Assembly (NCBI GenBank): GCA_015680685.1
Contig: MNCI01002011.1
Coordinates: 380,307 to 444,306, forward strand
DNA length: 64,000 bases
Direction: 5' to 3'
From: Gnetum montanum
Taxonomy: Eukaryota > Plantae > Gnetophyta
Shown: one piece after another, positions 48,880 to 61,994 of the stretch
Layout: each line of letters begins with the position of its first letter
How positions within the stretch are numbered: the first letter of the stretch is position 1
Notes under the pieces: generated by a model
What the model saw: only the letters and a program-made list of their open reading frames with translations
What the model was told of the DNA's origin: nothing
The model's database searches: none
Program-made: the position numbers and the translations under genes

Positions 48880-50845
48880 AGAAACTTGAAATTTTTATTG
48901 CCTTAAAAAAATCACAAATTACAGTGGATTTGCTGAATGGTTACAAAGTCTGAGTATATTTTTTTAAAAAGCTGAAATTATTATTCATGTAAAGATTAGT
49001 GGAGTTACAAAGATTGAAGGTTAAGTTGAAAACAAGAAAAACATCATTAATGTAGAAATCATTGGAGCTACAAAGGTTAAAGCCAAAGTTTAAGCAAGGC
49101 AGCCTTTCTAATAACATTGCATTTTACTTTAAAAGAAGGATTGTTAGAGATAATGTGATGGGTTGTAAGTTCAAGTTGAAATTAAGCCAAGTTGCTTTGT
49201 AAATAAGGTCAAAGTTGTATGTTTACTTAAAAGCATGTTTAGTTGGTTACAACTGTAGATGTTGAATCCACGAAGATGCTAATTTAAAAGATTCATGAAT
49301 CTAAATAGATTACACCTTTGAAGGTAACCCACGGAAATGGACAACTTAAAAGTATATGTCTTTCATTCTTAAAAATTCATGAATCAAGATCTATTTGAAA
49401 GAAAACCAACAACTTATAGTTAATATTGCAATCCATTTGAATATGAGTTAGAGGGGACAACTTAAAAATATATGTCCTTCTTACTTAATGTTCCATGTGC
49501 AAATACACTTGTTTATTTGAACAAAATGACGATGAAAGCCCATTCTGCTTTAGTAATTTGATTTCTTAAGTAAATAGGAATAGCTATAAACAAATACTTT
49601 TTAATACTATATAACAAACCTCCTTTAATAGAATGTAAGTGAAAACGTTTCTTTCTTGATGTGTTTCACCTAAATTAAGCCAAGACTTTATCGTTCACAA
49701 TCTTCCAACAAAGCTTTTTATTTAAGGAAGGTCATCCATCATAGTATTTTGTAACAGAAACCATAATTTTCTATAATGAAACTATCCATTTTCTTATATA
49801 GCATTCATTATTTGCTTCGAATAATTGACTTCCAATGTGTGACTTAACTTTAGTAGAAGCAATAAATTAACAAATGGCTTCAACTTCAAGAGAGAGCAAA
49901 TTTGCTTCTGTAACCAAAATATCATGAGAATTTTGCATTTTCACTTGAAATTCCTACATAAGAAACTATTTTTGAATATGCTTCAGTTTTTTTTAGATTA
50001 TGTGTTGAAAGATAAGTCCCCATAGAATACACCCGTTAGGCCAAAAAATTTGTTTCTTGCTACAATTATTGCTTTGAGCAATGACTCTCTAATATTTACA
50101 AGACTAAGAAAAATTTTGTAATTTCTATCTCTAGGGTCACAAATCAAAATCTTAATCTAATCAAAGTTGACTTTCATACTAGAGTGATTGCAAAAACATG
50201 ACTATTCATCCTAGTGAGTGGTTCTCTATCCTACCATAATTAATATGTGTGCCCATAATCAATAGAAATTGTGTGATGAGTTGGGAACGAGTATTTTATA
50301 AGATTAGATGGCTTATGAGTAACATGACTTGTCGTTCTAATAAGGATTTGCATGAAGGACAACTATTAGTGAGTGGTTACAAGAACATGACAGTCTATCC
50401 TACCATAATTAATATGTGGGCCCATAATCAATAGGAACTATGTGATGAGTTGGGAACGAATGTTTTACAAGATTAGATGGCTTATGAGTAACATGACCTG
50501 CCATTCTAATAGGGTTGTTGTAGTCATAGAGGATTTGTTGCATGTAATTTAATCTTGTAGTTAAATTTGCAATCAAAGAAAAACATGTTGAAAAATAATT
50601 CATTTCATGGATACAATATGATTAAAGACATTTTGCATCCATTCCTCCAATTCATCTATAAATGTGTAAAAAAAGAAAAGGGATAGAGGAACCTTGATTA
50701 ACTTTTCTAGACTTGTACTAAGATTATCTTTAATTAAAATGTTAACTTTTTCATAAATTCATTTTAACAGCAGAAATGAGTTTTCTAAAGAATGTTAAAA
50801 TTAGCTAGTCTTTTTGAAAATTTATCTTAACCAATAGAATCTTAA
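48880..50845 (-). mobile_element. Decayed RTE-like LINE, same family as 41005-45900
   Basis: Colinear nucleotide similarity, e.g. GAATTTTGCATTTTCACTTGAAATTC and TTTTGCATCCATTCCTCCA shared with 44260-44810. Confidence 0.8.
50197..50528. repeat. Tandem ~169-bp dimer (MITE-like) inserted in the LINE
   Basis: TCTATCCTACCATAATTAATATGTG...GTAACATGAC at 50225 and 50394; absent from the homologous LINE; ends ATGACTA/TAGTCAT. Confidence 0.7.
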
Positions 50846-51979
50846 TCTAGATACAAGCATGTGGATGAAAGTCTCTTAGACTGTGAAAGTTAATGTCAAT
50901 TGCCAAAAGGTTTTTAGCATTCAAGCAACTTAAAACTGGAAACACGGTAAATGGATTATGGTCATGTTTAATCTTTTTTAAACAACACCATAAGAGTTTG
51001 GCCGGGCTACCGACTTCCTATTACCTGAACAAAATGGAAGTCTTAAGAAAGTAATGGCTTAAATAGCCTTACCCGCAGTAATTTCGAAATATTACTCCAT
51101 CAGTAAAAAAACATAGCGTAACTAGTTGTATAGAATTTCTTGTTATTGTTTGTGACCTATATCTCATGCATTTCAGGTTAGTTCCATTCTCAGTTTCTCA
51201 CAGCTAAACCCTATAATATCTAAGTAATATCTAGATTTTCACGTGTTCTTACAGGCCCATAGTCTCCCATCGAGATGGTAGAAAATGAAATATTTACAAA
51301 AACTTCATAAAAGTCAACATATATGCTCCCACAAAAGTATACTGCTCACTCTTCATCCATTAAGCATGCCCTAATATAGCTCAGTAATCAAAGATACCCA
51401 AATGCTAGTGTATTTAAAGTAGCGGTATAAATCATGTATTTGGGTTTGTAAATGAATGCTTCTGCATTGTATGGGACTACAGTATCATTCAGTGTGCTGT
51501 GGGAGCACGTGACAACCTGTACACTGAACTGTGAGAGAATGTCGTTTTATTCAAACTTCTGTCTCAGGTTGGATTTCAGTCGAAAAAAAATCTTGAGAGG
51601 ACGTAGTGACGTATTGGAAAGGATAATTGAGTTGCAGGCGTAAAAAGGCAAGGGATTTTCTAAAACCGTTCATCTTTCCTTTTGGATGTTGTTTTGGACT
51701 TTCTTGATTGTCGATGAAATATAAAGTGTTTGAAGGTTAAATAAATATAAATTAATTATTTAATATTTTTAATATAAAAAATAATTTTAGTTAAGAAGTC
51801 AATTAAAAAGATCATCACTTGGAGTCACAATGATCATCACTTTTACTCATCATGCTAAGTGGGGTCCCTAGGAGAGTTGGTAGATGAGCGAAAGCCGCCT
51901 AGGGCAATTATGAAAATAAAATGTATGTTTTAGGGGCTGCTCATGTAATGGTCTTAGAGCCATGTTAGGCTGTCTTAAT

Positions 51980-52136
51980 AATGAGGTGTTACCTTAGTGG
52001 TAAGACTCTTGATTTTTGATTTGAAAAATCTAGGTCTAAAGTTTGATTTTAGTGGGTATTGCTTAGTTATAAAGTTTTAATTGGACTATATATCTTGGGG
52101 TGTACCTATATTACAATTTTTTCAGGGTCCAACACC
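51980..52136 (+). mobile_element. tRNA-derived SINE-like element, copy A
   Basis: AATGAGGTGTTACCTTAGTGGTAAGACTCTTG head; GGGGTGTACCTAT...GGTCCAACACC tail. Confidence 0.6.
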
Positions 52137-53172
52137 TAGTGATACACACAAAGCTAATAAGGAATTATGCATATGAGGTGCATTCTAATGCTCTAAAGAA
52201 AATTATCAGCAAATTAATATTATAATTCTTTGGAATGTCATAAAAAATGAGCAAACTCAAAAGATATATTCTTCATCCTAGATACTTTATTTTTGTAATC
52301 TAGAAATGCACTATGTAAATTTGATCCAATGACCTATGTTAAGAAAGACAAAATGAGGATGATAACTCATTCTTGCTACCGTAAATTTACCAATGTGCGT
52401 AGGGCGTAACTTGATTCTCCTTCCAATCTGATGTGATGCGCACTCTTGAGATTGATTAAGAAGAGTTTAAGGGCAGTGATTATGAACATGAATTGAGAAG
52501 CCTTAAAACCCGTCGCAAAATTGGAATACATTACCTTAAGCTGTCACAGTCGATGGTAAAAACAAAGGTTACGGCCTATGCCATAGCTGTGGACCCTAAC
52601 GTCCGACGAATGGAATCATGTAACCAGTGCTCGCAATTTTCCTGCTGCACATGAAACCAACTACTAACCATTAATCATTCATTAATAACTAATAAAGAGG
52701 ATGGAAAGTTACTGCCAGCGTCGCCTTATTCCTGCAAATATGCTTGACCTTGTTGGTATCAAAGATTTGATTGCAGACTCGGTTTTTTCGGGATAAGGTT
52801 GAGATGATAATCACGATGATTTCGTCATTGATGACGTACAGCCAGCTTCTATTAGTTTAATCAAGGTTTCAACTTTCAATGAACAGCATGTTCGGAGGAA
52901 AAACAAGGGAAAAGCATGAAAGAGGATAGGGAAGCATAAAGTATTAATAGAAGATCAAGTCCACGTGAAAAGTTAGTATGATAAAAAGAGAATAAGAAAG
53001 AAAGTGACTCTAAAAACTTTAGTTAAACTTGTCTTATGGTTTCTTCAATTTTTCTAAAATAATCTTGAGAATTGATTTACACCTTTCAAAACTTTCTTGA
53101 ATTTTTCCAAAGTCATAGTCAAGATTTTTAATAATCTTCAATATTAAATAATCCATTTTAATGAATATTTTA

Positions 53173-53284
53173 GGGGGTGTTGTAATTAAAATAATACAAG
53201 ATAGGTACACCCCACGATGTATAGTCCACATAGAACTTTATAGCTCAACATTGCCAAATTTTACCACTAGGCTAATACCTCATT
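53173..53284 (-). mobile_element. tRNA-derived SINE-like element, copy B (internal deletion)
   Basis: Minus strand reads AATGAGGTATTAGCCTAGTGGTAA...CTATAAAGTTCT...GGGGTGTACCTAT...CAACACCCC. Confidence 0.6.
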
Positions 53285-54087
53285 GTTTCTATGAATATTT
53301 TAGCTTTTTCAAAGGATCATCACCTACAGCTGGAGTGTTTATCCCATTAAATGTGTCCCGGAAAGGTTGGTAGATGATAAAAAGCCTATTCAAGTGCCCA
53401 AAAATCCAAAAATCCTGATATTTTAGCTTTTTCTAATTATCAATATTGGTACTTATATTTTAATATTTAATAAAACTATCATATTGTTATTTCCTAACAC
53501 ATATTTTACTTCAAAAATTTACTAATGGAAGAAAATTAACGGAGAAGCAGGTTCATAATGATGCCTCATGAATCACTCACTGCCAGTCCTCTCTCCCTCT
53601 TGTTTTTAAAACGATTTCCGCTTTGAATGTAAGTAGAACACGTTCGGTAGCCTCCTTTGAAAACGGTAAAAAAAAAATCCGATTTGGTTTGTGTTAGCGA
53701 GTGGTCCATAAAAAAAGACGTATTATTGGGTTGTTGGCAGTGGTAACATGTAGGGCGACTTTTTCGGGTCACCCTTGACCCAATGATCGAGTGTATGCTG
53801 GTCCCTTCCGAAGCTAAACGTTGAGGCCCACCGTAATGGTTGCATAATCATGATCATGATAATTAGAAAAAAGAAGAATGGTAAAGCATAAAAGTTAACT
53901 ATCGTGGAAATTCGAAACCACAATGTTTAGAAGGTCGCAAAAAGCTAAAATAATCTTGTTGTCTAGAAAGTATTGGTTACGGAAAAGGTTGTAAGTTGAA
54001 GTCAAGAGATCTTCTTAACGTCTTTATATTATGGTCAAGTCTACTTTAAGTATTTTGTTGGTTATATGTCTTGTGGATATATATAGT

Positions 54088-54231
54088 GGGGTGTTAAAAC
54101 CTAACAAAATTGAAACATAGGTACACTCCAAGATTTATAGAAGTTTATAGCTCAGTGCTACCTAGTAGAATAGAATCTATGACTTGGGGTTACTAGGCCA
54201 AGGCTTGTACCACTATGCTAATACCTGATTG
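54088..54231 (-). mobile_element. tRNA-derived SINE-like element, copy C
   Basis: Minus strand reads AATCAGGTATTAGCATAGTGGTAC...GGAGTGTACCTAT...TAACACCCC. Confidence 0.55.
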
Positions 54232-54267
54232 TTTGTGGACATATATGGTCAACAATTGTCATTTGGA

Positions 54268-54397
54268 CAATGAGGTTTTAGCCTAGTGGTAAGACTCTTG
54301 ATTTGAAAGCTCTAACTCGTGGGTTCAATTCTTGTGGCTAATGTTAATTTATAAAGTTCTAGTTGAATTATAGTATAATTTGTTCGAGGTTCCAACA
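54268..54397 (+). mobile_element. tRNA-derived SINE-like element, copy D
   Basis: A-box TAGCCTAGTGG and B-box GGTTCAATTC at tRNA-like spacing; ends GGTTCCAACA. Confidence 0.65.
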
Positions 54398-54419
54398 TTT
54401 CCTTAAAACTAGAATCAAA

Positions 54420-56025
54420 ATTATATTATTTGTGTATAGACTTAAAAGGATATATTAGACATGTTAGCTTGTGCAAAATACATGACTAGCCATAAATCCT
54501 AAGTAAAGTAGATGTGTAAAATGGTAATGTAATTCACCATTTTCTTTTGAAGAAAGTTGTTCTATAACATTTTAATAACACAAGCTGTTCATCTTTTATT
54601 ACTTGTAATAAATACAATTAACATATTTTGTTTTCATGTTGCTCATCATTCCATTTCTAGTTTCAACTCAAAAGTGGTGTGACCCATTCTTACTCTTCTA
54701 ATTAGTGCTTTCATGAATATTCAAATTGTTGCATGTAGATATTCTACTTTATCATGTTTGTCAGCTATAATGTTTTCCTTGTAAACTTAAAATTCTTTTA
54801 CTTATTTATTTTTTGGTATTTGTTCTTCATTTTGCATCTCCAAAACTCTCTTTAACAAGTTTCCAAGTTTTTTTAAGCTTAATATTGCATCAAAATTTTC
54901 AGTACCCCATTTTTGTAGACACAATTTTCTTTCATGGCTTCATTTTTGTTGATAAGATTTTTGGATGAAATCTTTTGATATATCTTATTGCTATTTTTAT
55001 GATTCAAATAGAATGTTAAGAAATAATATATTGCTTTGACTTCTAATAGTAATAAAGTAGCTTCTAATAAAAGTATTACATATGGGACTTGAGTTTTCAC
55101 TTTGAAGTCATCCAAAAAGCATTATTTTTTTGAGGTTTCTTAATTTTCTTTAATGATTACTAATCAATACTTAGACCTCACACTACACTGTTGTATAATT
55201 GTTTGAAGAAATAATATTTTTGAATTGTTCAAGTCCAAATATTGTAATTGCTACATTTTTTTCTCATTGTATATAAATACTTTAAAGAATTTGCAACTGC
55301 TTGTAATATCCACTACTTTCACTTATAATTTTGAGAGCAATCTACTCTCACATGTTTATATTTCTCTTTTTTTATTACTGAGCTAGAAAGTGTAATATCT
55401 CTTTCACAAAATAGCACTTTTGTCTTGTTAGTATTCATCTTCATTTTTAAACATTGATAGAATTTTCTAGTTGATGCAACATGACTTTTACTTTGTTTTT
55501 AAATTTGCAATTAGTACTACATCATCTAAAAAGATTACATATTCATAATTGATCCACCTTGATGGCATAATTTGGAGCTACCTATTTAATCCCCTCTTGT
55601 AGTTCATCAATAAATATGCTAAATAATGTTTGTGAAAGAGGATAATCTTGCTTTACTTCTATATTGTTAGAAAACTAACAAGATTGTGTAGTTTATTTAT
55701 TTTTTAATTCAAAAATATTTTTTGTATAAAGTTTAAATGACATTGAGTAAAAAAGAATCACCATTAAGTTTTATAAGCCTATTCAATAATTATCATCTCA
55801 TAATAGAATCAAATGCTTTAATAAAATCAACAAAACAAACAAATATTTATTTTGTTTATTCTTTGCTTGTTCAATGCAATCTTTGAGAGTAACCAAATGA
55901 TTTATTGTAGAATGCTTTCTTCTAAATTCTATTTGTGAAACTATACATTGTTGTATTCATACTCATCTTCCTTTTAGCGATTTGGAAGCTTAGGTGTAAC
56001 ATACATCTCCTTAGTAGTTACCTAG
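54420..56025 (-). mobile_element. Decayed RTE-like LINE RT region
   Basis: Minus strand FLDDVVLI (~55510-55535), VKQDYPLSQTLF-like and FVDFIKAFDS (~55810-55835) motifs. Confidence 0.75.
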
Positions 56026-59000
56026 TGATGAGTGGTCGAGGTACCCCTATGCCCAACCATACGAATCACGTAGCGTTTATGTGTGATTCGGTCGAATTCC
56101 GCAGACTCTATGTCTTCCAATGCACTAGTCTTCTAGGAAGTGAACTTTGCCCTAATAGTCATTCATTGTCTTCTCAATTACAATTGTGATGCACAAAGGT
56201 ATGGTCAAGTGTAATTGAGGCATATGATTTTTATCATTTTATGTTTTATGTTCCTCGTGCTTAAAATAGAGAATTGAAGTATTTTAATAACTAATTTAAT
56301 TTAACTAATTAACTAATCTCTAACTAGTCCTAACATAAGCATTTAATCCCACTTTCCGTACATGTTCTGAACCCACATATCCACTACTGGGGTTACCAAG
56401 CGCTATGCTATTGGGTGAACCAAGTAATAACGTTGCTAGGATTACCAAGAAAATATGTGTTTACGCTCGAAGTGGTTATACTTATGTGTTTAATCTATTT
56501 AGCTTAATTAATTAATAAATGACTTGAAATATAATTTAGCTTAATTAATAGCATAATTAATGAAAATGATAAATGCATAAATGAATCATTAATCTATTCC
56601 AACTACTACAAGATTTGATTAAAAGGCTCGTCTTTATTGCCATTCACACTAGTGTGTTCAAGTACAACAGTGCTCGAATAAAGATTTGTATACTTTTTGA
56701 CTCCTGTTGCGAGCACTCAGAGAAATATTCTAACTCTCAAATGAAAAAATTACAAGAGCTTTGCTACAACTATTACAAGACATGCTATAAACATGGCTAA
56801 TGAGCATGTACTTATATACTTTATTTAAGAGCTATGTCGATGGGGTCCCATAGATGCAGTAAATGCTACATCAATGCCCCATCAATGAGGCAACACCACG
56901 TAGATGAGGTCCCATTGACAAGGCCATGTCAACGGGGGCTTGTCGATGCGACATAATAATGATTCATCATACTTGCACGACTAAATGAAAACTCATCCTC
57001 GAGCTCCTTTACAAGATTGGGAAGGTATGGGATTATTGACTAACTCTTGACATAACAAACTAACTTGAAAAAACTGAGTGCCTGAGTGTACAAATCAATA
57101 ACATTACAAAAAATTGTGGTATTCATGACACAAAACTGAACACCATGACATGACTACTCAAAAATAGATAAAGCATCCTTTGATGGCATGAAGGTAGTTG
57201 TGAAGATCAGATGGTCCCCAGTGGTGGAGGTTCCTGAGGTTATAAAGGACATTCGTTGGCCTCAGGCATGTGTGATGGCTTTGGCAGTTGTGGTTGTCTT
57301 GTTGCAGCTGCAATCTTTGGTGGAAGGCATCCAATAATGCCTTCATCTTCTCCTCCTTACTCCAAGGATCATTTACAGTCCATGTAGCATCAACAAGGTG
57401 GGCTAGAATGGAGATATTCCATGGAAAGGGCATTACTGGAAACAACTCCTTAATGTTGACAAACTAGGCAATGAATTATTTGTGTTCAACATTGAATGCC
57501 CTGATTGCATTTTGCAGCTCATGGTAGTCATTCATTCTTTTGGCCAGGTTTTTAGTAGCAAATCTCTAATTAGTGTATTTGCCCTTGAGAACCTTGAGGT
57601 TTGCATTTGCCACTGCAAGCTTTTTCATGGTGTCCTTGTGGTGCTTGAACTCAGCCTCGTACAACAAGTATGATTTGGCCACTTGCTTCTCTAATTCTAA
57701 TATAGCCATTCGAAAATTAACATAGCTAGATTTACATATTAGAGATTGGAAAGCTCCATTTATTCTGCCATCTCCTCAATCTACAACTCCTTCATGTAGA
57801 TTTTTGCCTTATTGTAGGCTTCTATCCCATCAATGATAGGTTGCCAAACTTCTCTTTCTTGTTGGAGTTGCTGGAGGGTTTCATTTACTTTTGCCTTCAT
57901 TAATTGGATGAGGTTTTCATTAACTTCTTTTTGTAGACAGACTTGATCTGACTTTTTCAAATTTGAGAGCCTCCAATTTCTAGGTGGCTACCTCTATTGT
58001 AGTCTCTAGCAAAGTGCATGAACCTCCTCCATGGAGAGGTTTCTATTTTTAGCTACTGATCTTCTTAGCTCTATGTTCACTTTGGCTAGTTGCTCCTACT
58101 GTTAATGGATAAAGTTGGTTAATTATTGTTTATGCTCATCAACATTTCATAGGTGATGGTTCTTTGTGGTCATTTGCACATTCTCCTAGTAGGTCAGATC
58201 CAAGGCCTTCTAAATTTTGTGCTATTTATTCTTTGCCAAGGATTAGTAGAACACTGTCATCTCCAACGCACCCTCAAATCATTTTAGTCTGGTGTGAAGC
58301 TATTTAAGAGCTTCATCTTTTGTTAATGTTAAGTTAAGAAATGCAAGGTTGGTAATTTGGGCTCTTAATTTAGTAACTTTAGCAGCCAAGCATTTATTCA
58401 ACTCCTTGGCTATTTTACCTTGCTCCTCCAAGATAATGTTTTTTTCCTTACCTTTAGTAGCTCTGACTAGGTTGTAGTAATACTATTTGGAAGATCAAAG
58501 ACATATGAAAGTGGTTGCTTGGTTCCCACCAGTCGGTCCAATAGTTCTTCATGCTATGCTGCACTTAATTTGTCACTTATGATTCCTGTAGATGTCTACA
58601 CATATTTGAGTGTAGTGACGTTTGGTATAAATGTCATAGGTGCATTGACTATTTTAGTAATTCTATCAGCAATTACCTTTGCTGTTGTCTCTTGCCCTTG
58701 GTGTTGCATCACCAACACTGTTGCTCCCTTGTCTTCCTCCAAGCACATAGAAAAGGTCACAACATTTTTAGAAATTTCTAGGAGTGGCTACTATTTTGCG
58801 AGAGATTCAACCTTATGGATAACTATGTTCGTTGGGTTGAAAAAATGAATCCACCTCCTTCCATTAGGCTGACTATTTGGGCTACCTCATTTAGGTGACT
58901 CATTGTTGGTCAATACATAGATGGATTCCCCACCACTTGTGCCTGCTCATTGCTCTTGTTTGCTCAAGAGCCATTCTCAGTATTTGTGCAACCATTGGGT

Positions 59001-61994
59001 TATTACAGCGACATCTGGCATAGTTCTTTGAGTGGCAAGTGAAGGTGGTGGCTACTGTCCTCTTCTTAAATGATCATTGCAAGCATTTTATCTTTCATCA
59101 TCTCTATCCAATTAGCAATCAGAGCATGCTTGACAACATCATTTGTATAATGGACTATCTCTCCCCTTTGATAGAGTTTTTTGATGAGGCATGGGAAGGG
59201 GAGTGCTTTCCTTCCACATTCATTTTCTTTAAGTTGCTTCTCCATCTCCAAATAGATCAGCTGTGGAAGATTGATAGGGAATCTCCCACTCAGAGTAGCG
59301 CACACATAGGAAAAAAAGGCAATGATTTTACTGGGCCTCACCATGGGGTTTAGGTGGAAGGTTGCAATCTTGTAGTGGATCTTTTCTATCAGTGTCAACA
59401 TGTCAAACTCCTTGCGATCGACATCATAACACCATCACACCCATTCCTTTTTGATGCCAAGGTTTACCTACAGTGGAATCTCAATGAGATTCACCCTTGT
59501 TTCTAGCAACCCAAGCACTTTAGCAATGGCTTACACCAAGTAGGACACTGAGATGTCCTTGATTTTGATAATTGAACCAGCCAACCTATTATTCCAGAAT
59601 AAGAATGTCTCTCCCATATACCACTCCCCAGTGGAAGTGATAATTGACCACATACAAGATGTCTTTAGTTGGTCTTGTACTTCTTGAGGTGCTTGCTCTA
59701 GGAAGAGGCCAAAGTTTAACTCTTGAAGCATTATTTTTTGGACCTCCCTTGATCTGATTTAATTCAAGTAGGCTTTTGTCAAGCTCACTTCAAGGTTTGC
59801 TTGCTAAGCAATTTCCTCATCTCGGTGGGAATGTNGTCCCACAAAGGTTTAAGCAAGAAATCAACATTTAAACATCAAATTACAAAAGTTAAACCCTCCN
59901 CATCCATGGATTAGTAGATATAACATTGTAATTTTAAATATTTTGAGTACCTTATCTTGTTAGTTAGTTATACTTGGCTAAGGTTGGACCATGGAAGATT
60001 GATTATTTTATTAATTAATTTTCATTATAAGTATGACTTGAGCTCATTGGGAGGGTTTAACTTTTGTAATTTGATGTTTAAATGTTGATTTCTTGCTTAA
60101 ACCTTTGTGGGACTTAGAAAAAATGGCAAAAAATTTTCTATCAAAAATGGCACATTTGTGGCCTCCATAACCAAAAGCTTACCTCTTGTAGTTATAGGGT
60201 CAAATAATGGAGTGATTTGGATAAATAATTAGGAAGTTATGGGCTCTAGAAGGTTTTAGGCTTTGAAAATTTGAAAAACTTCCTTGGCATTTATGAAAAG
60301 ATGTGAAAATTTTGAAGGGGGGTCATGCATATTTACACTATTTTTCTACTACATAGATAGGGCCACATATATGGGGCCTCATATACACATTAGCTTCATT
60401 GAGAAGGCCTTTTATATGGGGTCCATAGACAAAATTTTAAAACTTGAATACCTTGAAAAAGAAAAGGAATTTTTGAATGAATTTGGAGTCCATGGAGTTC
60501 CAGAAAAGGTAAGAATATGATGAAATCGTTGAAGAGGATCTTCAAAAGCTCAAAAATTGCAAAATTTGATGGAGAATGTGTGTATATAAAAAAAATATGT
60601 AAAGGATCACATGGTTTAATGCAGAAGATGTGTGTATGAAAGATTCTGATCGCAAAAATACCTAAGGATAAGGTGCTTAACGAACCCAACCAAGAGATAT
60701 GCAAGTGGATCCTTCCCATGGCAGGCACAAGCCTTGTTTTCCCTTTCATAACCTCAATGTAAGGAGTCCATGGGCCCCATAAGCAATTAATGGTTGATGG
60801 AAGTTAAGGACCAAAACCTGGAAGATTTTACCTAAGAATTAAAGTACATTAGATAAAGATACTGAATCAAGAACATGGACACTAGTAGTGAGGTGAGTTA
60901 TGGGCAGCATAGACTGATACTGGAGAAGGTGGAATGGAATTTCAAATGGATGTCATAAGAAGTCACTTGTGGATTTTGTGTTTAAATGACCTGAGAAGAT
61001 CCATCTTTAGTCCAGACCAAAACCAATTGCTTTTAATGATTTTGCATCATCACTCTAAGATCGATCCACCTCCTTAGGACACAAGAGTGGTCCCACAAAA
61101 TAGCCATCATTCCATAAAGAAAAGAGAAGAGAAGTAGGAAGTAAGAGAAAGGGCCTTAGTTAGAGGAGACCTTAAGTCTTTTGGTCCCATAACCAATGCT
61201 TGTAGTCCATTTATTTATATAAGGGGTGTGCTTTGAATTCCCATCATTTTTAAAAATTTTTAGTTTATTTTTGTTGGTTTTTTATTTTTGGATGGAAACC
61301 ACACCATGAAAAGACTTTATTTTACTTCCTATTAATGGTCAACATGAAAAAATAAGAAGTTTATGAAAACACTCATGTACTTGAGCAAGTATAAGAGTAT
61401 AAAGAGTATTAAGTCCCCTTGAAGTCACACCATATGCAAACCTTTGAATCCTTTCCAATTCCAGAAACTACAAAGGTCATAAATTTATTAAAATTTTATT
61501 TAAAGAAAGGGACATCAAACTTCCAAAACAAGAAAAACCATAGAGTTTTTGGATGGGTGGATATCGTGGACTCACTACCTATTCCATAAAAAAGAAACCA
61601 TGACTTAGCCATCAGTACAAAAATTTAGAAATAGAAACTAGACATTACCACAAACGACCATTAGTAATAGCTACACCACCACTATGTCTTAGTTGCACAA
61701 AGCACGTTAATTAATAAAAATTATAAGATCACACTAAAAATAAGGTAAAATATATAAGAAAGTTTAAAATACTTAAGAAAGATTTAAATATACTAACAAT
61801 GGTGTAAAAAAAATGGTGTAAAATAGGAAAAGGTTTTAAAATAAAAAAGGTATAAAATAAATAATTTGCAAAGATAAAAATGTGTAAAATAAAAAATAGA
61901 AAAATTAAGAATCCATGTAAATGATTAGCATAGATGGCCATCTCCCCCATGACTAAGTTGGAAGGAGGAGATTCGAAAAATTAAGCATGGTTGC
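56026..61994 (-). mobile_element. Athila-type element: 3' LTR 56026-56969, decayed env-like ORF region, internal PPT ~61942; continuity across two Ns assumed
   Basis: TGATGAG...TTCATCA LTR followed by a degenerate PPT and the GTATGGGATTATTGA block shared with 26315 and 62897. Confidence 0.75.
57158..59800 (-). pseudogene. Athila env-like/extra ORF remnant with coiled-coil C-terminal part
   Basis: PINLPQLIYLEME...ALPFPCLIKKLY motif typical of Athila extra ORFs; Glu/Lys/Gln-rich downstream fragments; multiple stops. Confidence 0.6.

Noticed and set aside
50441-50462. GTGATGA-GTTGGGAAC-GAA hammerhead-like or C-box-like motif in the 169-bp dimer
   Set aside because: Lacks C3 and GAAA in both copies; no stem III and no CTGA D box.
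54268-54340. Functional tRNA gene
   Set aside because: No acceptor or anticodon stems; part of a degenerate dispersed repeat.
59836-60113. Perfect 64-bp inverted repeat (59836-59899 vs 60050-60113)
   Set aside because: The first arm is bounded by N on both sides; most likely a scaffolding artefact.
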